The notes under the pieces: generated by a model
Seen by the model: only the letters and a program-made list of their open reading frames with translations
What the model was told of the DNA's origin: nothing
Databases searched by the model: none
Made by a program: the position numbers and the translations under genes
Assembly (NCBI GenBank): GCA_964401885.1
Contig: CAYOAC010000001.1
Location: 1 to 39,860, forward strand
Source: an uncultured Candidatus Saccharibacteria bacterium
Lineage (GTDB): Bacteria; Patescibacteriota; Minisyncoccia; Phycocordibacterales; JAACPR01
DNA: 39,860 bases
Direction of reading: 5' to 3'
Shown here: positions 33,467 through 39,860 of the stretch, piece by piece
Numbering within the stretch: position 1 is the first letter of the stretch
How the letters are laid out: every line of letters begins with the position of its first letter

Positions 33467-36142
33467 TTGAAACAACTAGTTAGCAATACTATGCCACAAG
33501 ATGAATTCCCACCAAGAGGTGGAAGACCACAGGATCGAGATTTAACCCTCGCTCCAAATGAATATGCATTTGTAATGGACACTACCAAAGGTGTTGTCCA
33601 AACATGTGTTGGCCCGCTCGTACATACCATTTCCGGTAATGACCAACCTGTGCGTTGGAACCCGGGAACTAGTAAGTTCGATCGTTGCGCTCAAGACGCC
33701 GCAATTTGTCTTTTTGTCTACGTACAAGAAGGTGATTACGTTCGTCTTACTAATCCTGCCAAGAGTGACACCCAGTTTCATCCTCCGGTCGGTGGTAAGC
33801 AAAATGCGGTAGACCTAAAACATGGTCGTACTGTTAATCTGCGTGGTCCACTTTCTTTTGCCCTTTGGCCCGGCCAATCGGCACAAGTTATCGAGGGTCA
33901 CCGTTTGAGGTCCAACGAATTCTTGCTTCTTACCGTTACAAACGAAAATGAGGCGAGGAACAATTGGACTAGTGCGGTAATGGAACCGCAACAATCAGTC
34001 GGTTCAGTCGGTTCGAGAGCCGAAGGTGATGAAGGTGAAACAGCCGCTACAATCGAAAAGGCCAATATTGTTACTCCCAAGAGTACCAACATTGATCCTT
34101 CTAAGCTGACTGTTGGTCAGCGTCTTATTATTTGCGGTACGGAATGCAGTTTCTATATGCCGCCAACGGGTATTGAAGTTATTCCGGTTGAAAACGGACG
34201 ATATGTCCGTGAAGCAGTGACCCTCGAACGTTTGGACTATTGCATTCTTCTTGATGAAAACGGTATTCGCCGTCTTGTCACTGGACCGAATGTTGTGTTT
34301 CCTGAGCCGACCGAGACGTTTATCACTGATGCTCAAGGATCGAATATTTTCACAGCTCTTGAGCTCAATGAGCTTCAGGGTGTGTATGTGAAGGTTACCG
34401 CCAATTATACGGATGAAAAAGGTGTTAAGCATAGAGCTGGTGATGAGTTATTTATCACTGGTGCCCAATGTCCAGTTTATGTTCCTCGTGAGGAACATCG
34501 TATTATCCTGTATGGTGACTCCAGTAAGGTGAAGCACAATTCTGTCGCAATTACTGCTGGTGAAGCTCGCTATGTGATGGATCGTATGACTGGTGATGTG
34601 GAAACTGTTAAGGGACCAAAAATGTTCCTTGCAGATCCGCGCAAACAATTGCATATCCGTCGGCCGTTGCCAGAAAGATTGGTTAAGTTGCTTTATCCTA
34701 GAAATAGTGAAGCAATTGAAATCAATGAATGGCTTCGCAAAGAAGCTGCTAAATCTGGATCTGGCGATATAGTCCTTGATGAAAGTGCGCAATTGTATCG
34801 CGCTTCAACTACAGGTGATCGCAGTTTGTCCCGTCGTCGTGCACCTGGAGCAGGTCAAATTATTGCTGAATCGTTTGATCGTGGTGGCCAATATACACCA
34901 CCACGCACTATTACCCTCGAAACGAAATACGAAGGTGCAGTGCAATTTAGCGTGTGGCCTGGTTATGCGGTGCTTATCGTCGACAAGACTGGTAAGAGCC
35001 GTGTTGTTCAGGGTCCAAGTCCAGTGATTTTGGATTACGGCGAAGTCCCACAAGTCTTCTCATTGTCTACCGGTACTCCGAAGACGGATGAAAAGATTGT
35101 CGAGGATGTCTTCCTCAAGACGCATGGAAATTGCGTTTCGGATGAAGTTATCGTCGAGACTGAAGATTTGGTCAATATCCGTATTCGTTTGTCCTATCGC
35201 GTTAACTTCGAAGGTGATGATCCCAAGAAGTGGTTCGAACTCGACAACTACGTTCAATTTATGTGTAAGCACCTGCGCTCAATACTCAGGAATGCTGCAC
35301 ATGGATACGGTGTTGAGGCGTTCTATAGCGATGCGGCTAACATCGTTCGCGATACAGTTCTTGGAGGCACAACTCCCAAGAAGAGCGAAGGTGAAGGTCT
35401 CAAAGCCGAACGTACTGGTCGCGCATTTGCCGAAAATGGAATGCGTGTCTACGACGTTGAAGTCCTTGAGGTTGATATTGATGATAATGAAATCGCGAAC
35501 CAAATGCTCGCATTTCGGCATTCGACTGTTCAAGGTGCGCTCCGGATTCGCGCTGCAAGGCAAAAACTGGAAGAAACCAGAGCTATTGAGGATACCAAGC
35601 GCGAAAGTTTGGCTGAAACGATGAAGACTGAAGCTGCTCAAGCTGAAGCAGAAATGCAAAAGCTGGAAGCTCAAGTCCAGATTGCAAATGCCAGGCAAGT
35701 TTCTGAATTTGGTCTTCAAAGAGAAAGGCAGGAACAAGAACTGTCGATGTCAGGACGCAAGTTGCAGGCTGATAAGGCTAATCAGGCTGAGTTGGACGTT
35801 ATTGAAGCGGCTAAGCGTGATCGTGAGCGGGCATCTGGTGAACTCAAGCATGAAATGGCTAAAAAGGCGGAAGAACTTCGTCTTACTGGTCTTAATGCTG
35901 AAGCTGATGCCTTGGTCAAGAAGACTCAGGCGGTCTCGCCGGACTTGATTGCAGCACTTCAGGGTGTTGCTGCGAGTGGTCTTGCTGATAGTATGGCGAA
36001 GAACTTCAGTGTTCTTGCTATCCTTCAAGACAAGGGTGTTGCTGATGTAGCCAAGAGTGTGTTTGCAAACACGCCTCTTGCTGATTCTATCAATCAAGTG
36101 CTTCGACATCTCTCTACCCCTAAAGGTGGTGATGTAAGCTGA
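33467..36142 (+). CDS. Major vault protein (MVP) homolog: N-terminal tandem vault repeats, shoulder domain, C-terminal coiled-coil cap-helix
   Basis: Recurring ~55-aa units with the GxE(L/W)(F/L)(I/V).G....Y(V/M)P pattern: GQRLIICGTECSFYMPPTGIEV and GDELFITGAQCPVYVPREEHRI. The shoulder-like block GAVQFSVWPGYAVLIVDKTGKSRVVQGPSPVILDYGEVPQVFSLSTGTPK...VIVETEDLVNIRIRLSYRVNFE aligns with eukaryotic MVP ...[39 protein letters not shown]...[22 protein letters not shown]. The last ~200 aa are strongly heptad/coiled-coil. 891 aa, which is MVP-sized. Markedly higher G+C than the surrounding genome. Confidence 0.85.
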   Translation: MKQLVSNTMPQDEFPPRGGRPQDRDLTLAPNEYAFVMDTTKGVVQTCVGPLVHTISGNDQPVRWNPGTSKFDRCAQDAAICLFVYVQEGDYVRLTNPAKSDTQFHPPVGGKQNAVDLKHGRTVNLRGPLSFALWPGQSAQVIEGHRLRSNEFLLLTVTNENEARNNWTSAVMEPQQSVGSVGSRAEGDEGETAATIEKANIVTPKSTNIDPSKLTVGQRLIICGTECSFYMPPTGIEVIPVENGRYVREAVTLERLDYCILLDENGIRRLVTGPNVVFPEPTETFITDAQGSNIFTALELNELQGVYVKVTANYTDEKGVKHRAGDELFITGAQCPVYVPREEHRIILYGDSSKVKHNSVAITAGEARYVMDRMTGDVETVKGPKMFLADPRKQLHIRRPLPERLVKLLYPRNSEAIEINEWLRKEAAKSGSGDIVLDESAQLYRASTTGDRSLSRRRAPGAGQIIAESFDRGGQYTPPRTITLETKYEGAVQFSVWPGYAVLIVDKTGKSRVVQGPSPVILDYGEVPQVFSLSTGTPKTDEKIVEDVFLKTHGNCVSDEVIVETEDLVNIRIRLSYRVNFEGDDPKKWFELDNYVQFMCKHLRSILRNAAHGYGVEAFYSDAANIVRDTVLGGTTPKKSEGEGLKAERTGRAFAENGMRVYDVEVLEVDIDDNEIANQMLAFRHSTVQGALRIRAARQKLEETRAIEDTKRESLAETMKTEAAQAEAEMQKLEAQVQIANARQVSEFGLQRERQEQELSMSGRKLQADKANQAELDVIEAAKRDRERASGELKHEMAKKAEELRLTGLNAEADALVKKTQAVSPDLIAALQGVAASGLADSMAKNFSVLAILQDKGVADVAKSVFANTPLADSINQVLRHLSTPKGGDVS

Positions 36143-36157
36143 TATTGATTGTTACTA

Positions 36158-36188
36158 GTCGTGGTGCGCAAGCGCACCACGGCTTTTT
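36158..36188 (+). terminator. Strong hairpin terminator after the MVP gene
   Basis: gtcgtggtgcgcaagcgcaccacggcttttt. Confidence 0.9.
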
Positions 36189-36250
36189 AATTTAATATTA
36201 TAAACCCCCAGAAGATCAAGTAGAATAATTCTAAACCCCACACAAGAAGT

Positions 36251-36262
36251 CAGTCCACTACT
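36251..36262 (+). repeat. Intergenic repeat copy g (3' part only: cagtccactactg)
   Basis: Matches the ...agtccactattg end of the repeat family. Leads into conserved block 2. Confidence 0.5.
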
Positions 36263-36335
36263 GTTTTTATCTTTATTTTTTAATGTTTAATTTTCATACT
36301 TTAGTATAGGTTTGAACCATTATGAATATATGAAC
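36256..36335 (+). promoter_or_regulatory. Conserved upstream block 2 with the palindrome ATACTTTAGTAT (36296-36307)
   Basis: About 85% identical to 27951-28030. Upstream of the 245-aa membrane protein gene. Confidence 0.5.
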
Positions 36336-36370
36336 GTTGCGAACGTGTTGCAAAGTGATATTATTTTTGT

Positions 36371-37108
36371 ATGAATAAAAAAATAAATATTACTTTCGCA
36401 ATTTTCGGATTGTTATTTGGGGTAATTGCATTTTTTCTGTGGAGTGGACAAATAGAACTTGTAAAAACTGGGGTACACTCTTCTGGAGCGATTGTTGGTA
36501 TATCAAATCATAAATCCGATAAAGGGACTATGATGTATGCACCTATTGTTGAATATGAATTTAATAATACAAAAAATACATTTGTTTCTAAATTATCGAC
36601 TAGTAATCCAGGATATAAAATTGGAGAAAGTGTAAAAATATTGATTCCAAAAAATGGAAATCAACCACAAATAAATTCTTTTATAAGTTTATGGTTTGCT
36701 GCTATCGTAACATCTTTTCTAAGTTTAACTTTTTTGATTGCGGGTATTTTATTTTTTATTAGAGATATAAAAGTAAATAAAAACAATGAAATATTAAAAA
36801 GTAGAGGAGTATTAATAAAGGCAACCAACCCTATTGTTATAAATGGTTTTGAAGATAAAATTCAATTTCAGACAACTGGTTTATTATCCTTAGTGTCTAA
36901 TTTCAGAAAAAGAACAAATTTACTAAATAAAATTAAAACTCAGTGGTTAAATCCTGAAGATGGTAAAGTTTATATATTTTATAGTGAATATTTAAATTAT
37001 GATCCAACTCCATATTTAGGTGAAACTGTGGACATTAAAATATTGCCCGAAAACCCCAGTGTGTACAAGTTTGAAAATATTCCACAATCAGCAAAAATTA
37101 CTAATTAA
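36371..37108 (+). CDS. Hypothetical membrane protein (two TM helices separated by a beta-rich domain)
   Basis: 245 aa. An N-terminal TM helix, a ~90-aa soluble segment, a second TM helix, and a C-terminal domain. No recognised homolog. Confidence 0.55.
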   Translation: MNKKINITFAIFGLLFGVIAFFLWSGQIELVKTGVHSSGAIVGISNHKSDKGTMMYAPIVEYEFNNTKNTFVSKLSTSNPGYKIGESVKILIPKNGNQPQINSFISLWFAAIVTSFLSLTFLIAGILFFIRDIKVNKNNEILKSRGVLIKATNPIVINGFEDKIQFQTTGLLSLVSNFRKRTNLLNKIKTQWLNPEDGKVYIFYSEYLNYDPTPYLGETVDIKILPENPSVYKFENIPQSAKITN

Positions 37109-37132
37109 AGTATTTGTAGTATTGTCAATTAT

Positions 37133-37179
37133 TTCACAACCCATTTCAACAAAACCACATTCAAGTCCTACTATTGACA
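37133..37179 (+). repeat. Intergenic repeat copy f (ends in TTGACA)
   Basis: cacaacccatttcaacaaaaccacattcaagtcctactattgaca. Followed 18 nt later by TAATAT. Confidence 0.7.
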
Positions 37180-37202
37180 TAAATAATTTAATATGTTAAT
37201 AT

Positions 37203-37560
37203 ACTTAGGAATGAAATTTCGAATACATTGACCGTCCGAGTTAGCTCGTGCAACGGTCAAACATTATGATGGGGAAGGCTCACGCTGACAACCCACAAAA
37301 ACACCCCTTCCTATATTGCAGCACTTAAATGTGCACTTTAATATATGTAGTCTTAGGTTCCGACAGACGATTCTAAACTCACAATGAGAACACCTTGGCA
37401 TAATGCCATAAAATCCAGATATCGTACTTAGTGAATCAATAGACCCTGACGATCAAAAGATACTTGAGCTGACGAGCGAGAGATACTTAAGACGCAGGAG
37501 AACGCAGAAATTAAAAAGCACTTGTAGGAGGGGTCTTTTTTTATTTTAAAATTTCTTTTG
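37203..37560 (+). ncRNA. Candidate non-coding transcript or long 5' leader downstream of repeat f
   Basis: About 360 nt with no ORF and moderately raised G+C. Contains an 8-bp stem ttgaccgt...acggtcaa and a T7 run near 37536-37542. Confidence 0.2.
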
Positions 37561-37574
37561 ATATACTAATATGT

Positions 37575-38177
37575 ATGAGTGATTTAGATAAAATGATAAC
37601 TCCAAAGATTGAAACCGCATTAAATGAAATAGTTGAGATTGGAAAAAGATTTGAGATTGATGAAGATAGATTATATTACAGTTTAGAATTAGAAAATGAT
37701 AATACGGGTTCTGCTGTAGAAGCACATGCTATAAAAGAAGGTTTTAAAAGACAAAATGATAGACATGTAACTCTTATAGGTGGAGAAACCAAAAGAATAT
37801 TAAAAAGAGCTTTAGAAAAATTAACTGATGATGAGAAAGGACGAGTATTAAAAGAAATTAAAAACATTTTAGAAAGTTTAAGTTGGAAATTTGAACCAAA
37901 GGAAATTTATAAGATTCAAAAGCAAGATTATTTTAATAAACCTGATATTTTAGAAAATAGAGAGTCTTATATAAATATGATAGATATGCCTGATATGGAA
38001 ATTTTTTACAAAAAAATTGGTATTTTATTAAAAATTAAATTACCACTACAAGTAGCACATATTACTCTTTTTACAAAAGGGGAACCAGAAACCACAAAAT
38101 ATTACGGCATTCCAGTATCTTCAATCGAGGATTTTAAAGCGATGAATCCTGAGAGATTTATAACTGATGCAGAATAA
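37575..38177 (+). CDS. Hypothetical protein (200 aa)
   Basis: Clean ORF with ordinary composition. Its stop lies 3 nt before the next start. No recognised homolog. Confidence 0.5.
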   Translation: MSDLDKMITPKIETALNEIVEIGKRFEIDEDRLYYSLELENDNTGSAVEAHAIKEGFKRQNDRHVTLIGGETKRILKRALEKLTDDEKGRVLKEIKNILESLSWKFEPKEIYKIQKQDYFNKPDILENRESYINMIDMPDMEIFYKKIGILLKIKLPLQVAHITLFTKGEPETTKYYGIPVSSIEDFKAMNPERFITDAE

Positions 38178-38179
38178 AT

Positions 38180-39259
38180 ATGAAAAAAAATCAAGAGCGG
38201 CATGGTTTTTATCCTGGCACATTTGACCCAATACATTTGGGACATTTAGAAATAGCAAAGAATGCATCAGAGTTTGTCGATAAAGTATGGATTTTGCCAA
38301 ACCCAGTGAATTCAAAATCTAAACCAAACACAATGCCTTTGGACATTCGGCGTGATCTTGTAAATATTGCTATTGAAGATCATCCAAAATTATTTGTACC
38401 CAGTGATCAAGCTTGGGATGAATATGTTAAGGCATATCAAGAACATGGAGTTGATGAAGCCATCGATGCCTTATCAAAACATCTTGATGTTGAAGCTGTT
38501 CACATCGTAGGTCAAGATGTATTTGAAAAAAGACCTCATACCAAAAGAAAAGTTATGCTTATTCCTCGTGGAAATAATGTTTTAACAAATGTAGAAGGTG
38601 TGCATAGTGTCCTTCCTTCTGTTGGAAAAATATCTTCTTCAGATATACGTGAAAAATTAGCACGAGATTATAAAGTTGAGGGACTTCCTGTACCTGTTCT
38701 TGTTGAAATAAAGAAGAGAGGATTGTATGAAGGTACTAAAGAAAATACAGAAACTGAATTTGTAAGAAAATGGATAGAAGAAAAGATAGAATCATGGAAA
38801 AAAATGTTTGATCCAAATGAAATTGAAGTTGAATTAGGGGGAAGTCTTGTATCAGGACTTTTTGTTTTGGAAGGTGCAAAGAACTATGATGCTGATATAA
38901 AATTTATAGTTAAAAATCCAGAAGATTCAGAAATTCTTCGTAAAATACAATCTGTAACTGGATTGGAATACAGAAAGACTATACATATAAAGGAATTACC
39001 ACCTGAGAAAAATTTAGCAGTAATGGTGGAAAAAACAATTGTCATACCTGAAGTATCATTACCGATAGATATTGAAGGGTGCGTACGACAAGGACCATAT
39101 ATAAATTCTCATAAACTGTATAGAAAGTTTTTTAGTTCAGATGAATTGGAATTAATAAAAAAAAGAAAAGGAGAATTACGTAAAGACAAGGAGGCATATA
39201 AAAAATATAAATATGAAGTACGTGATGAATTAATGAGAAGAGTGCAACTTCAAAGATAA
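38180..39259 (+). CDS. nadD: Nicotinate-nucleotide adenylyltransferase (NadD-like) fused to a C-terminal ~170-aa domain with a GS...DxD minimal-nucleotidyltransferase-like motif
   Basis: N-terminal GTFDPIHLGHL (HxGH), ISSSDIRE and VLVEIKKRGLY match NadD signatures. The C-terminal GGSLVSGLFVLEGAKNYDADIKFIV resembles the Pol-beta-fold NTase motif. The symbol applies to the N-terminal domain only. Confidence 0.7.
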   Translation: MKKNQERHGFYPGTFDPIHLGHLEIAKNASEFVDKVWILPNPVNSKSKPNTMPLDIRRDLVNIAIEDHPKLFVPSDQAWDEYVKAYQEHGVDEAIDALSKHLDVEAVHIVGQDVFEKRPHTKRKVMLIPRGNNVLTNVEGVHSVLPSVGKISSSDIREKLARDYKVEGLPVPVLVEIKKRGLYEGTKENTETEFVRKWIEEKIESWKKMFDPNEIEVELGGSLVSGLFVLEGAKNYDADIKFIVKNPEDSEILRKIQSVTGLEYRKTIHIKELPPEKNLAVMVEKTIVIPEVSLPIDIEGCVRQGPYINSHKLYRKFFSSDELELIKKRKGELRKDKEAYKKYKYEVRDELMRRVQLQR

Positions 39260-39261
39260 TT

Positions 39262-39729
39262 TTATTGTCTTTCTGCTTTTAAAATTATTTTAGAATTAGG
39301 CAAGAAAGTTATTTTATATTGACCAGGAATATTATCATTAAAAACTTCTGTATTTGGGTCATTATATCCAAATTCATAACTTTCATCTTCATCTTTTATT
39401 TTTGCATAGTGATAACTACCGTCACCCAAAATACCACCGGGATATGTTCTTAACTTGCTATAAATATTTTCAACAGTTACTATTTTTTCTTCTTGTAGTA
39501 AACCAAAATTATCCATTATAAAAGGTTTTGTGGATATCATAATAATAATTATGATAAGAGCAAAGATAAAAATCCAAATCAGACTCGTAAAACTTTTTAG
39601 ATTTTTTTTATCATCGATAACTATAAAGATAAGAAATAATGGATAACTAATAAAACTAAATATAAGCAATGTCATGGTGGAATGAAAAAACAAAAAACTT
39701 ATATTCATATAAGAAAATAATAGACCCAT
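39262..39729 (-). CDS. Hypothetical membrane protein
   Basis: Two N-terminal TM helices plus a soluble domain. The frame remains open upstream of the first Met at 39729, so the protein may be longer. Confidence 0.45.
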   Translation of the reverse strand: MGLLFSYMNISFLFFHSTMTLLIFSFISYPLFLIFIVIDDKKNLKSFTSLIWIFIFALIIIIIMISTKPFIMDNFGLLQEEKIVTVENIYSKLRTYPGGILGDGSYHYAKIKDEDESYEFGYNDPNTEVFNDNIPGQYKITFLPNSKIILKAERQ

Positions 39730-39860
39730 AAAACCTAGAAGTATTGGAATTAATATTGTATATGCTTTTAATACATCAAGTAATTCTTTAAAACCTAAAC
39801 CTTTAGGAGAGTTCCAAAATTTAAAACCGATTAAGATAAGAGGTTTTCGTAGTAAATTTA

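Noticed and set aside
33421-36109. About a dozen 60-180-aa ORFs on both strands inside the MVP gene (e.g. 34004..34432-, 35088..35624+, 35279..35737-, 35750..36109-)
   Set aside because: They are typical spurious open frames produced by a high-GC gene in an AT-rich background. All are nested within the 891-aa frame, which has clear homology.
27675-37179. Whether the repeat family could be a CRISPR array
   Set aside because: The spacing is highly irregular, from 0.2 to 3.6 kb. The copies are degenerate and 50 nt long with gene-sized intervening segments. No cas genes are present. This is not a CRISPR.

Overview
This is an AT-rich bacterial chromosomal segment. G+C looks roughly one third by eye; I did not compute it. 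Long ORFs are intact under the standard genetic code. The gene content fits a small-genome bacterium, and a Patescibacteria/CPR-like source is a guess only.

Positions 1 to about 25.7 kb are densely packed core housekeeping genes:
- the 3' two-thirds of rpoC, run directly into dnaG and rpoD as one operon;
- a UvrD-family helicase fused to a Cas4/RecB-like Fe-S nuclease domain;
- a DsbA-like oxidoreductase, uppP, a DEDD 3'-5' exonuclease, a LOG-family protein and tgt;
- uvrB, uvrA, a short uvrC and ddl;
- several hypothetical or membrane proteins and one secreted protein with a PEP-CTERM sorting tag.

From about 25.7 to 37.6 kb, starting at a tRNA-Ala(UGC) gene, coding density drops and a mosaic accessory region appears:
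- a 19-nt exact duplication of the tRNA-Ala 3' end, which brackets a ~5-kb islet. The islet carries an operon of an E1-like (ThiF/MccB-type) enzyme and an arginase-fold metallohydrolase, plus a GNAT. The two enzymes share a homologous N-terminal domain of ~90 aa, making them a candidate peptide-modification system;
- a family of at least 7 same-orientation ~50-bp intergenic repeats, several ending in a TTGACA -35-like box;
- several GC-rich non-coding islands bounded by a promoter and a terminator, which are candidate structured sRNAs;
- an ~110-bp upstream block containing the palindrome ATACTTTAGTAT, shared by two otherwise unrelated genes;
- a GC-rich 891-aa gene encoding a bacterial homolog of the eukaryotic major vault protein (MVP), with a NadD-nucleotidyltransferase fusion next to it. 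This is the most notable feature.

No CRISPR array, integrase or transposase is recognisable.
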